From: Octopus sinensis
Lineage: Eukaryota
Length of the DNA stretch: 64,000 nucleotides
Reading direction: 5' to 3'
Assembly (NCBI RefSeq): GCF_006345805.1
Contig: NC_043001.1
Coordinates: 121,458,001-121,522,000 of the forward strand
The position numbers and the translations under genes are program-made. Positions 26,568-39,867 of the stretch are shown in pieces. Under the pieces are notes generated by a model. That model did no database searches. It had not been told where the DNA came from and saw nothing but the letters and a program-made list of their open reading frames with translations. Position 1 is the stretch's first letter. The number at the start of each line of letters is the position of its first letter.

Positions 26568-27317
26568 CATATATACATATATGATGGGCTTCTTTCAGTT
26601 TCCATCTACCAAATCCACTCACAAGGCTTTGGTCGGCCCGAGGCTATAGTAGAAGACACTTGCCCAAGGTGCCACACAGTGGGACTGAACCTGCAACCAT
26701 GTGGTTGGTAAGCAAGCTACTTACCACACAGCCACTCCTGCACCTATCTATACACAATAAAAAAAAAATTTTTTTTATAAAAAAATTAAAATAAAAAAAT
26801 TAAAATAAAAAAGTAATTTCATCTCTATTATTTTTATGTAATAAAAAATATAAAATGAAGACAGCAAAAAGAATAAAACAAATCTGACTGACCCAAATAA
26901 TCTGCACAAAAGGCAAAAACATTTAATCCCTATAGATCCAAGAGTGAAATTTTCATTGTAATAATTTGTGGGACAAAGAATGAGTAGATAGCCTTCTATG
27001 CTGGTGACAATTAATTAAGCCCACTTAAAAACCAGGTTACAAAATGATAAAAGTTTTATATATTTGTATAAGTTCAAGGTTAAACTATGTAGAGAATATA
27101 TATTGAAAATAACAGCATTGTGTGTCTTGTATACATGTGGGGAAGGCATAGAAGTTCATTTGTATAGAAGACTGTATATATGTATATTGTGTGTGTGTCG
27201 GTGGGTTGGTGTGTTTGTGTGAATGTATTATATGCGTGTGTATACATATGCATATACACACACATACATTCATTCACACACTTCAATTCAAACAAACAGC
27301 CATGCAAAATTCTCTCT

Positions 27318-27372
<55 letters not shown>

Positions 27373-27374
27373 CT

Positions 27375-27387
<13 letters not shown>

Positions 27388-27406
<19 letters not shown>

Positions 27407-27452
27407 ATATAGATAGATAGAGATAGATAGATAGGTAGATATACATACATAC

Positions 27453-27503
<51 letters not shown>

Positions 27504-27525
27504 TACATACATACATACATATATA
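27388..27525. repeat. (GATA)n/(CATA)n microsatellite
   Basis: Direct read. Confidence 0.9.
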
Positions 27526-27527
27526 TA

Positions 27528-27556
<29 letters not shown>

Positions 27557-27558
<2 letters not shown>

Positions 27559-28955
27559 CTGAACCACAAAAGAAACGTTGCGTACATACTAAATAGAAAC
27601 TGGTTTATTAACCGACTGCCGTACCATTGATCGAAGATTACTAATTAAGAAATTGCTCTTTCTTAATGACAAAACATCATTTCCTGAAACATATTTGACA
27701 TCACATGATGTCACGTGATGACGGAGTGTCCGGGATTCAAAGAAATGAATTCAATATCTTATGTGACCACTGTTAGCATTGATTACTGCCCGGCATTTTA
27801 TGTACATTGAATGCACCAAACGACTGATGAAGGCCATGGGGATAGCAGCCCACACTCTGTTAAAACTTGCAGTGAGTTGTCCCGCAGTTGTCAGCCTTGG
27901 ACGGATGTCATGTAGCCTTCTTTGTTATTTCATCCCACAGGTGCTCTACAGTGTCCAAGTCTGGACTTAGGGCAGGTCATGACAGTCTGGACGTTGTGCT
28001 GTTGGAGGAAGTCTGTTATCAATCTGGTAATATGAGCACAGGCATTGTCATGTTGGAACACATGATTCTGATGACAGGCAAAGTATTGCATAATGTGAGG
28101 CTTTAACAACTGGTTGATGTAACAAGCTGTGGTTACTCCATTGCCCCGGCCTTAGCCGATGTTTTGGAAGACCACCGGTCCAAGTTTCTGGCTCAGTGTG
28201 ATCCCACCCCATACCATGATGTTCTGTCCTTCCCACAAGTCTCTCTCCACCAAACAGCCATCGGCATGACATTCACCCCTTCTTCTCCAAACCCTAGCTC
28301 TGCTATCTCCTTCAGAAATGCAATATCAGCTTTCATCAGAGAAGGCTACAGTCCTCCATTGCCGATATCACCAGTTCTGACGTTTTTGAGCCCACTGCAG
28401 ACGTGCCCCTTGATGACGATCTGTGTGGATGGGGCTCCTAGCCAGACATCAACAAGACAGGTTGAAAAATCTCAGCCAGCAGCAAACAGGTCTATGGTGA
28501 TTCCCTATGGTCTGCTTAGCTGATTCTGTTGCCCTCTGGAATTCCTCCTGCAAGTGCTGTCTGTGCAGGTGGCAATCTTGACGTGCCGTTGTAACTCTTG
28601 GTCGCCCACTGCGTGGACGATCATCCATGCTGTTTGTAGCATTGTATCATTCCCTCAGCCACTCAACTGTCCGAATGCTGTAGTTCAGGTCATTAGCAAT
28701 GACCTATGGACACTGACCAGTATGGAGACATCCGATGGCTTGCTTCCTCTGATTTCGTGTAACTCTGGCATGCTTGCTGTGTTCGGGAAAAGAATGACAG
28801 ACTGAGTGCCTTTTATACCCAATGAATCAACATTCTGACCCTGCATCAGGCTTTTCATAGAGATGCGTTCACCATTTTCATGAAAAGTGAGCAGGTTCGA
28901 ACCCTACATGCAATCCTTGTGTTTTCAAAAGAGAGTAGTGTTGTGGGTCAGTGAT
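27557..28955 (-). mobile_element. Decayed Tc1 transposon
   Basis: Minus-strand FQHDNARAH...PDLDTVEHLWDE...CRAVINANSGHIRY; left terminus tactgaaccacaaaagaaacg inside a TA run; right TIR degenerate. Confidence 0.8.
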
Positions 28956-29088
28956 ATCTTCCAGGTGTCAAACTACATAGAAATATGATAAAATCTATAT
29001 AATCTCAATATCGTGTGTGAAACAAATAATCTTTTTCCTTCCCTAAAAATTGTTGCCTTTGGGGCAAAATTTGAAACCATTATTATTA

Positions 29089-29141
29089 TTAGTAGTAGTA
29101 GTGGTGGTGGTGGTGTGGTGGTGGTGGTGGTGGTGGTGGTG

Positions 29142-29208
<67 letters not shown>

Positions 29209-29250
29209 AAGTAGTAGTAGTAGTGGCAGCAGCAGCAGTAGTAGTATTCA
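29089..29250. repeat. Compound (GTA)n/(GTG)n/(GCA)n microsatellite
   Basis: Direct read. Confidence 0.95.
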
Positions 29251-29341
29251 GTATAGTGTTACTGTGGGCCTCTGTAACATTAATTCAAGCTATATTACCA
29301 TCATAGTCTTCGTTAGTCTTTTAAGAAAATTTTTCGCTTAC

Positions 29342-29430
29342 CTGCAGGGAGATTGTCAGTTAAATGGTGGATGGCATTTTTCAGTTCATCTTCATTTTCA
29401 GCTTGAAGGGTCAGTTTGACTTTATAATAA
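29342..29430 (-). CDS. FLAD1: FAD synthase exon 7 (YYKVKLTLQAENEDELKNAIHHLTDNLPA)
   Basis: YY.VKLTL motif as in FLAD1; not in the ORF track; tttcag and GTAAG; phase 2 to 1. Confidence 0.94.
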
Positions 29431-30935
29431 CTGAAAAGTAAGGATTAAATTCTTAAATGTGATTTTGCTATAACGAACTGGAACGACTTTTGTTCTAATT
29501 AACTTGGTATTAACTTTGCACCTGCTACCACCCTGTGAATGTGCATGTGTACTGAAGAACGAAGGCTTTGAATGACCCGTCTGTCTCTTATGTTCGTCCC
29601 TTCATGTATTTCACGTTATTTATATATGTAAAGGTTTATATTATTATTATATATATATATATATATATATGGAAAACGGACGCTAAACGATGATGATGAT
29701 GATGATGATGATGATAGGAGTGGCTGTGTGGTAAGTAGCTTGCTTACGAACCACATGGCTCCGGGTTCGATCCTACTGCATAGCACCTTGGGTAAGTGTC
29801 TTCTACTATAGCCTCAGGCCAACCAAAGCCTTGTGAGTGGATTTGGTAGATGGAAACTGAAAGAAGCCCATCATGTGGGTGTGTGTGTGCGTGTGTGTGT
29901 GTATTTGTGTGTATATGTTTGTGTGTCTGTGTTTGTCCCCACCAACATCACTTGACAACCGATACTGGTGTGTTTATGTCCCCATAACTTAGCGGTTTGG
30001 CAAAAGTGACCGATAGAATAAGTACTAAGCTTACAAAGAATAAATCCTGAGGTCAATTTGTTTGACTAAAGGTGGTGCTCCAGCATGGCCGCAGTCAAAT
30101 GACTGAAACAAATAAAAGAGTAAAAGAGAGTAAAGAGTATATATATATATATGGCTGGATGCCCTTCCTAACACTATTTTGAATTGTGAGCAATGCCTGT
30201 TTGAAATTTTAGGTCCAATAATGCTGGAACAGTGACTCACAGACCCTCTTCACTTTACAACATAATCCAGAGACAAACCGAGACAGGATATCCTGTGCCA
30301 ATTTGGGTCGCAGGCTCAGGAATGTGAGACCAATATGATCTCAAGTGCAAGTAAATGATTTTCAAAATATTCAATGTCATTCCTTACATATCTAGGTTTA
30401 TATCAGAGTGGCCTACATACATAATATATACATACATAACACCTACGCATATAATGCATACATAATACACATACACACACACACATTCATTCATTCATTC
30501 ATTCGTGTTTAACATTCATCTTCCACACTAGCATGCCCTGGACAGTTTGACAGGGTCTGACAAACCAGTGGACTACATGAAGCTCCAATTTCAGCTCTGG
30601 CACGGTTCCTGCAGCTAGAAACCCTTCCTAACACCGATCACATCACAGAATGTACCAGGTGCATTTTTTTATCACACCTGCACTTATAAGGTCAGCAGGT
30701 AACTCACAAGACCAAGAAAAATACTGCATCGTCATTCAACAGAGCAGGGGTGTAGTACTGAGGTGATAATCACGAGCAGGGGTGTCGGTGAGTCTGGTAG
30801 ATGTGACGTTCTGTAACGGTGGAGGTGGGAGAGATTATAGGTCAGAAGGTGATGAGATAAGGGGAAAAAAGGAGAAGCTTAAAACAAAAACTGATAAACT
30901 GTAAGATAATAGAGAAAAACTAAAAACTAATACAA

Positions 30936-30944
<9 letters not shown>

Positions 30945-30985
<41 letters not shown>

Positions 30986-31572
30986 ATATATTTACATTTA
31001 TATATATATATAATATACACACACACACACACACACAGTTAAGGAAAGAAAGTAATCAGAATTTTGGATATCTATTTATTTAATGCTTTCGTCTTCACTT
31101 CAGAGATTCATCATTTATAGACTTTGCAGGTTGTGTTTTTTTTTTTTTAACAGATGCAGGAGTGGCTGTGTGGTAAGTAGCTTGCTTATGAACTACATGG
31201 TTTCGGGTTCAGTCCCACTGCGTGGCACCTTGGGCAAGTGTCTTCTACTATAGCCTCAGGCTGACCAAAGCCTTGTGAGTGAATTTGGTAGACGGGAACT
31301 GAAAGAAGCTCATTGTGTATATCGGGCATGGCTGTGTGGTTAGGGAGCTTGCTTCCTAGCTACATGGTTTCGGGTTCAGTCCCACTGCGTGGCACTTTGG
31401 GTAGGTGTCTTCTGCTATAGCCCCGAGCCGACCGAAGCTTTGTGATTGAATTCGGCAGGCGGAAGTTACTGCCGTGTGTGTACATGTACGTGTAGGTGCT
31501 TGTGCCTCTCCCAAAGAGAGAGAAGATATATATATATATATTATATATATATATATAAGATATATTTACATT

Positions 31573-31620
<48 letters not shown>

Positions 31621-32105
31621 GTTAAGGAAAGAAAGTAATCAGAATTTTGGATATCTATTTATTTAATGCTTTCGTCTTCACTTCAGAGATTCATCATTTA
31701 TAGACTTTGCAGGTTGTGTTTTTTTTTTTTTTAACAGATGCAGGAGTGGCTGTGTGGTAAGTAGCTTGCTTATGAACTACATGGTTTCGGGTTCAGTCCC
31801 ACTGCGTGGCACCTTGGGCAAGTGTCTTCTACTATAGCCTCAGGCTGACCAAAGCCTTGTGAGTGAATTGGTAGACGGGAACTGAAAGAAGCTCATTGTG
31901 TATATCGGGCATGGCTGTGTGGTTAGGGAGCTTGCTTCCTAGCTACATGGTTCGGGTTCAGTCCCACTGCGTGGCACTTTGGGTAGGTGTCTTCTGCTAT
32001 AGCCCCGAGCCGACCGAAGCTTTGTGATTGAATTCGGCAGGCGGAAGTTACTGCCGTGTGTGTACATGTACGTGTAGGTGCTTGTGCCTCTCCCAAAGAG
32101 AGAGA

Positions 32106-32110
<5 letters not shown>
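30945..32110 (+). repeat. Near-identical tandem duplication, period 583 bp
   Basis: gttaaggaaag at 31038 and 31621; gagagagaagat at about 31525 and 32108. Confidence 0.92.
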
Positions 32111-32151
<41 letters not shown>

Positions 32152-33760
32152 GTGTGTATGTGTATGCATATGTTTGTGTGTCTGTTTTTGTCCCCACCCC
32201 CAACATCACTTGACAACCGATGGTGGTGTGTTTACGTCCCCTAAACTTAGCGGTTCGGCAAAAGAGACTGATAGAATAAGTACCAGGCTTACAAAGACTA
32301 AGTCCTGGGATCGATTTGCTCTACTAAAGGCGGTGCTCCAGCATGGCCGCTGTCAAATGACTGGAACAAGTAAAAGAGAAAAAGAGTAAAGAGAGATTTG
32401 ATGTAAAGTGTTATGGGGATAAAAGGAGGTCGAGCAGTGACAGAGATGGAGGTCAGAGACATGTTGGGGTGGATATACTGAGTGGTGAATAAAGTCGGGG
32501 GTGCCATCCATGGCAGATATGAGAAGGTGTTTAGGGGAAGGGGTGTTCGGTGAAAAATAAAGTGCTGAGGTTTAATACTAAGAACGCAAAATGGGTGAGA
32601 AAAGGAAGTGGTTCTAAGAAAGGGGACAACATGTGGCATAAAAGGGGATGAAATACGTGCAGTTCTTCTTTCATCTAATTGGAACAGCTCAATAGATAAT
32701 GCTGTAAATAAATAAATAAATGAATAGTGCTGTAGTAAGAAGAGTGATGAAAGGATGGGTGTTCTGAAGATGAGTTGTAAGGGAGGCCCCACAGGGACAA
32801 GTTGGGTGCAAGGGCATAGACATAAATGGCAAGCTTCCAGGGGTTTACTTTTTGCTGAGATGGGTGAGTCTTCTTAAGCAGAGAAAATTACCAGCACCTT
32901 AGTCCTCAGTTAATGAGTGCATGCATGTGTGTGTGTGTGTTAGAGAGAGAGAGATCACCATCATCATTATAACCTAACATCTATTTTTCCATACAGGATT
33001 TGTTGAGACAGATTTTGTATGACTGGGTGCCTTTCCGGTCACTAACCTTCACCTGTTTCCGAGCAAGGTAATATCCCCCCCCCCATGGCCAGACATGCTT
33101 TTCATTGGAGACTAGAAATTAACAACATCGCTTGTATGACAGTGATGCTTGTTTACGACCATCACATGACGTCAAGACAATGGCACACACACACATACAC
33201 ACACTATAATAAATGACACTTGTCTACATTACCAAACAAACCTTAACTACACAGTCTGCGTGTATTTATAAATTTACATACATTCATGCATACTCACTCA
33301 CACACACACACAAACACACACACACGTAACTGGAACTCCACTGGTTATGATGTCGAGGGTTCCATTTGATCTGATCAACAAAACAGCCAGCTCACGAAAT
33401 AAACATGCAAGTGGCTGAGTACTCCACAGACACGTGTACCCATAACATAGTTCTTAGAGAGATGCAGCATGACACAGAATGTGACAAGGATGGCCCTTTT
33501 GAATTACTGGTACTAATCATTTACGAGTGGACATGGTTGACTGAAACTGGAAAAAACATGTCTCTCCTGCAGGTGTGGCTATGTGGTAAGAAGCTTGCTT
33601 CCCAACCACATGGTTCCGGGTTCAGTCCCACTGTGTGGACTGGAGCAAAATGAAATAAAGCGTCTTGCCTAAGGACACAAGGCACCGCAAGGAATCGAAC
33701 TCACAACCTCATGATCATAATCTGAATACACTAACCACAAAGCTATGTGCCTTCACCAAG

Positions 33761-33791
<31 letters not shown>

Positions 33792-33801
33792 CATATATAT
33801 A

Positions 33802-34015
33802 TAAAGTTAATCCAAACAAGAAAGCACAAAAAAAACACAACAACGCGAGGACGTGGAACAAATATAGTATTACTGGATGCTCAGGAAAGAAGGAAAGAAG
33901 GAGGGTTTAACGTTTCGAGCGGAGCTCTTCGTCGGAAACATAGGAGAAGGAAAGATCCAGAGAAGGGAAGACAGAGGAAAAAAAATCGCCAACGGTACAC
34001 ACAAGGTCACATTTT
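33802..34015 (-). mobile_element. Short Penelope-associated repeat with minimal hammerhead motif (33905-33939)
   Basis: Minus strand GTTT-CCGACGA-A-GAGC(TCC)GCTC-GAAAC-GTT-AAAC. Confidence 0.6.
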
Positions 34016-36839
34016 GACTGTGTATGTATGTGTAGATATATATATATATACACACATACACAGTCAAAATATTATGAACATTTTAACAGCGTCCTACATC
34101 ACGAACTCACCTGTCGCCTCATCTGATTCACTCATCATTTGTGTGTACTTTCCAGAACAGTATCCTTTCACAGGAGAGCGAGAGCTAATCACATACAGTC
34201 CACGGCAACAGTCAGTAAGACAGCTACAAACACTGAAAGCTAAGTGGCCTTAATGGAAAGTGATAAACGAGGATTGCTACTGTCTCACTTTATCTTGACA
34301 ATCCAATTAGTTATACACCATGTGACACACAAATCAGCTAAATGGCTTGCATCATATCTTTAATTATAGCAACACTAACGTCAACAACAAAAACCATGGC
34401 TGTAATAATTAATTGATAAAGTAAGAATTCCATTTGTGATAGATTAAACGTATCTTTATGTGTGATAATATGTAAGTAAAGGCATGGCTAAGTTGTTAAG
34501 AAGCTTGCTTCCTAGCAACATGATTTGCAGTTTAGTCTCACAGCACACTACGTTGGACAAGAGGCTTCAACTATGGCCTCTCCACCTTTTGGTTGATAGA
34601 AGACTTATGAGTGGACATGGTTGACTGAAACTGGAAGAAACACATCTCTTGCAGGTGTGGCTATGTGGTAAGAAGCTTGCTTCCCAAACCACATGGTTCC
34701 GGGTTCAAGTCCCACTGCGTGGTACCTTGGGCAAGCGTCTTCTACTATAGCTTCAGGCCAACCAAAGCCTTGTGAGTGGATTTGGTAGATGGAAACTGAA
34801 AGAAGCCTGTCGTATATATCATCATCATCATCATCATCGTTTAACGTCCATTTTCCATGCTCGCATGGGTTGGACGGTTTGACTGGGACTGGTGAGCCAG
34901 ATGGCTGCACCAGGCTCCAATCTGATCTGGCAGAGTTTCTACAGCTGGATGCCCTTCCTAACGCCAACCACTTCGAGAGTGTAGTGGTTGCTTTTACATG
35001 CCACCGGCACGAGGGCCAGTCAGGCGGTACTGGCAACATATATATATATATATGTATATGTATATATATATGTCTATATGTCTTTGCGTCTGTGTTTGTG
35101 CCCCCACCATCACTTGACAACCGATGTTGGTGTGTTTACATCCCTGTGACTTTCTGGTTTGGCAAAAGAGACCAATAGAATAAGTACAAAGCTTATCAAG
35201 AATAAGTCCTGGGGTTGATTTCTTTGACTAAAAAAACCCTGTAAGGTGGTGCTCCAGTATGGTCGTAGTGAAATGACTAACGAGAGAAAAAATAGAAAAC
35301 AGGACTGGTAAACACAGAGAAAGGACCCTTCATCAATTGTCAGTACTTTATTTGTTTCAGTCATTTGACTGCGACCATGCTGTAGCACTGCCTTTAGTCA
35401 AGCAAATCGACATCAGGACTTATTCTTTGTAAGCCTAGTACTTATTCTATCGGTCTTTCTTGCTGAACTGCTAAGTGACGGGGACGTAAACACACCAGCA
35501 TCGATTGTCAAGTGATGCTGAGTGACAAACACAGACACACAAACATACACACACACACACAAACATATATATACACGACAGGCTTCTTTCAGTTTCCGTC
35601 TATCAAATACACTCACAAGGCTTCAGTCGGCTATAGTAGAAGACAGTTGCCTAAGGTGCCACGCAGTGGGACTGAACCCAGAACCATGTGATTGGTAAGC
35701 AAGCTACTTACCACACAGCCACTCCTACGCCATTGTTCATATATCCGGATAAGAAGCACATTCTAAAACATTAGAGCTTTAATGTATTTCTTAGGAAGTT
35801 AAGAATTATGGCCAGTCATAGAATGACCATTGGTCTTGCACCTATAAAGCACTGAGCAATGTAGATAATTCGTCCAGCTAAAATGGTTGCTAAGCGCTTT
35901 ATAGGTACAAAGCCAATGGTCACTTTATTACCTTTAACTTCCTAATATATATTTGTAACGGTTAAGTTTTAATTAGTGTAGTTACCAATTGTAGCGGGAG
36001 AAATTGTTTTGTAAACAATATTATGAAATGTCAGAGTCAGCAGTTACAAAAGTATGTTGTAGGATGTGAAAGATGAACAATGCATGAAGTTTTAAGGAAG
36101 TATTTATTTGACTGAGGACTGGCGAGCCAGAAGGCTGCATCAGGCTCCAATCTGATCTGGCAAAGTTTCTACAGCTGGATGCCCTTCCTAACACCAACCA
36201 CTCTGAGAGTGTAGTGGGTGGTTTTTGCACGCTACCAGCACGTGGGCCAGTTAGGTGGTACTGGCATCGGCCACGCTTAAATGGTGCTTTTTACGTGCCA
36301 CCTGCACAGGAGCCAGTCCGGTTGCACTGGTAACGACCAATGCTCAAATAGTACTTTTTACGTGCCACCAGCACAGGAGCCAGTCAGACGACGCTGGCAA
36401 CGACTGTGCTTGAATGGTGCTTTTTACGTGCCACCAGTATGGGAGCCAGTCAGCAGCCCTGGCAGTCTTTCAAATCCACTCACAAGGATTTGGTGGGCTT
36501 GAGGCTATAGTAGAAGACACTTGCCCAAGGTGCCATGCAGTGGAACTGAACCAAAAACCATGTGGTTTGGAAGGACACTTTTTATCACACAGCCACAGAC
36601 CAGGGAAACATTTCTAATATTTCTGTTGGTATTGAATAATGTAGTTTGAAGTGCCACATTCCTTAGAATTTTCCAACTAAAAAAAAAAAAGCTGAGATGA
36701 TCGAAGGATTGAATACCTATGACCAACCCATAGATTTGCTCAATTATTACAAAACAGGTGTTAAACATCAACAATCAGCCAACTACATTTGGAATTTAGA
36801 TGAATGACAAAAGCCAAAAGATGGTGAATAAGAACCTAC

Positions 36840-36985
36840 CTATTGTGAAATTCAGGGTAGGATCCAAGCTGCACTTGTTGAAATTTGGCATTGACATCAT
36901 TGAGAATGTCTGTGATGGCTACCTCTTCTGCTGCTACATATATCTCCTTGGTGTGCAGTTGAGCATCGGGATTCATGAATAGGTG
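36840..36985 (-). CDS. FLAD1: FAD synthase exon 6 (HLFMNPDAQLHTKEIYVAAEEVAITDILNDVNAKFQQVQLGSYPEFHN)
   Basis: LGSYP motif; ttcag and GTAGGT; phase 0 to 2. Confidence 0.94.
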
Positions 36986-37749
36986 CTGAAGAATACAGAC
37001 ATACATATAAGTGACAAGTTTGTGTGTATATGGGTGTGAGTGTTTGTGTGTATGAGTTTTGTGGAATAAGCTGCCAGACGAGATGGTGAAGATGCCGACG
37101 ACCGCTCGGTTCAAAGTCTCCCTTGACCTCAAGTGGCCTGAACTCTTTACATGAACACCACCCTGTACATAACTCCATGTCCCCCTACATGGCCTTGCTT
37201 TTTGCTTTTTGAGCCAAAAAATTAACTAACTAACTAACTAACATATATCTGTCTACCTATGTGTAATTGTATAGGTTTCATCATCATCATCATCATCGTT
37301 TAACGTCTGCTTTCCATGCTGGCATGGGTTGGATGATTTGATTGAGGACTGGTGAGCCAGATGGCTGCACCAGGCTGTAACTGTTCCTTTTTGGCATTCT
37401 TAAAGTTGGATCAAGGTGACAAACTGGCAGAATTGTTGCCACACAGGTAAAATGCAGAGTGGCATTTTCTCTGCCCTTACATTCTGAGTTCAAATGCCAC
37501 CGGGGTCGATTTCGCCTTTCGTCCTTTCAAGGTTGATCAAATGAAACTGAATTCCACCACCCCCCTTCCTGGCCCTGTGCCAAAATTTGAAATCATTCTA
37601 ACATTTGGATCAGGGATTGACGATATGGCTGGCTACTGCCTTTAGCACAGACAGCTACCTTTATTTAATGTCATTGACAGGTAACAAACTAACAACCAGT
37701 CGGTTGAGTGACCAGTATGGCACCTTGTCACACTTGACCATCTGTGAAT

Positions 37750-38085
37750 GAATTCCAATATTTTAAATCTGGGTTTGTCTCCATTAACAGGGGTGGCCAG
37801 ATCTACTTCACTCTTACAGAAACCACTCTCACACCATCTCACCCAGTTTGGGGCATCCTCCCTCCTCAAGCCAACCCTCCCAATCTCCTCCTCCACCTGT
37901 CCCCTCCACGTTTTCTTTGGTCGACCTCGCTTTCGAGGTTCATTCACCTTAAACTAAAGCACTCTCCTCAGAACATGATCTTCGTCCCTCCTCAACACAT
38001 GTCCATACCACTGCACTCCATTCGCCCTTGCTAGCTGTTTCACCGATTTCTCCAACCCCAACATCCTCATCAAGTCCTCATCCTT
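37750..38085 (-). mobile_element. RTE-type LINE 3' fragment
   Basis: RKRGRPKKTW..EEEIGRVGLRREDA..W C-terminal motif; related copies at 52770-52985 (+) and 53560-53805 (-). Confidence 0.75.
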
Positions 38086-38656
38086 CCTTTTAACACTTGA
38101 CCATCTGTGTTCATATGAATACTTTGGTTTACATTAGGAAGGATATCCAAGTGTAAAAAACCATACCAAGGTAAAAGGAAAACAGAGGGTAGAAAGAGTC
38201 TATGTGGTCACACTATCTGCTAGAAATAGCAACCAAATCGTTCTCAAACCACACTTTGTTTTAAAAACAGATGGAAACATTTAATGATGCCAGAACACAT
38301 TTGACCATATGTCTGTTCGTTTCAAGCTAATATCATCATTCCCCACCACCACATCTTCATCGCCATCATCAGCAGCAACAACAGCAGCTGTTCAAGAATT
38401 TGGACCTGCAGATCTCCATTTCCAGCGACTTTGAGGGCCACCTCCCAGTGGTGGTGGGCATCAATGAAGAGCCCTCGACTACAACAAGACCAAAGTTTTT
38501 TTGTTTTTGCCAAGGTCTGGGGTCTCCCGGCCCTAAGCCCTAGACCATCACCTAATCACCCTTACCCATCTTGTTGCTTAACAACAACAACAACAACAGC
38601 AGTAACAATCGTCCAAATGTTAAAAGAAATATAAAAAAAAAAGAAAAAAAACATAC

Positions 38657-38797
38657 CTTGAGGCTTATGAAACTTTTCTCAAGAAGAAACGGTATTCCAG
38701 GAAACATATAAACATTACTGACACAGACTAGGGGGTATTTACTTTTCACTTTTGTTTTTGGATGGACACCAAATTCCAGACGAGATGATTGAGGGAT
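38657..38797 (-). CDS. FLAD1: FAD synthase exon 5 (IPQSSRLEFGVHPKTKVKSKYPLVCVSNVYMFPGIPFLLEKSFISLK)
   Basis: NVY.FPGIP MPTb-domain motif; tcaag and GTATGT; phase 0 to 0. Confidence 0.95.
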
Positions 38798-39551
38798 CTT
38801 GAGAGTAAAAAGAAAAAGAAAAGGAAACAAAGAAAAATTAATTTCAGACTCCAAGACTGTCAAAACAACATATTCAATTTTCTAGCTTTTATCTTTTACT
38901 TGTAATAGGGTTGTGGCCATGCTAGAGCACTGCTTTGAAGGGTTCACTCAAACAAATCAACCCCAGTACTTTTACTTTTTTTTTAAACCTGACACTTTAT
39001 TCTATCAGTCTGTTTTGCTGAACTGCTAGTTTACAGGAGCAAAGCCAATTGTCATATGATGGTGGGGGACAAACACAAACACACACATCATCATCATCAT
39101 CGTCGTCATCATTTAACGTTCGTTTTCCATGCTGACATGGGTTGGACGGTTTGAGAGGAACTAGCTAGGCAGAAGACTACACCAGACTTCTGTGTCTGTT
39201 TTGGCACAGTTTTTACAGCAGGATGCCCTTCCTAACACCAAACACTCCATAGAGTGGGCTGAGGGCTTTTTATATGGCACCAGCACAAACAAGGTGAATT
39301 TTGACATGGCTTTTACAGCTATATGCCCTTCCAAATGCAAACCACTTTACAGTGTGGACTGGATGCTTTTTACATGGCTCCAGCATTGGCAGGGTCACCA
39401 AGTAATTTGCAAGACAAAGATCCTTTGAGAGGAGAGGGGGCACTGGAGGAGGTGACCTTATGCCTTCATCATCATCATCATCATCATTTAATGTCTGTTT
39501 TCCATGATGGCATGAGTTGGACACACTGACAAGAGCTGGTAAGCCAGAGGG

Positions 39552-39789
39552 TGTTATATAATCATCACAACAAACATGAACAATCAACGTCGCCCATTGT
39601 CTCCCTTGATAAAAGGACTTTCACTTTGTTTCCCGCCAAAACAATTAACTTGTACAATAACGGCAGTCGAATAAAGTATCTTGTATCGTTAACACGTTGT
39701 TTCAGTCTCTCTCATTTTCTTAATCTTTCATACTAAGTACTCACTACTTCCTTTAATACTCAATACATTATATATATATAACAACAACA
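39552..39789 (+). repeat. 5' LTR
   Basis: tgttatata...acaacaaca; identical to 43852-44089. Confidence 0.97.
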
Positions 39790-39800
39790 TGGTGTCAGAA
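39790..39800 (+). promoter_or_regulatory. Primer-binding site, complementary to a tRNA-Leu(CAA)-type 3' end
   Basis: TGGTGTCAGAA directly after the 5' LTR; tRNA identity is from recall of the tRNA-Leu(CAA) end TTCTGACACCA. Confidence 0.75.
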
Positions 39801-39867
39801 TACTAAAAGAACCCAAAATACAGAAACCAAAGGAAAAAAGAAGTTGAAATCATACTTCAAAGACGAA

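Noticed and set aside
29013-29306. Poly-Val ORF (also poly-Tyr/His at 5217-5429 and YI-repeat ORFs)
   Set aside because: Translations of microsatellites
32298-32792. 164-aa minus-strand ORF
   Set aside because: Runs into a SINE; at most a decayed LINE 3' end with no clear motif
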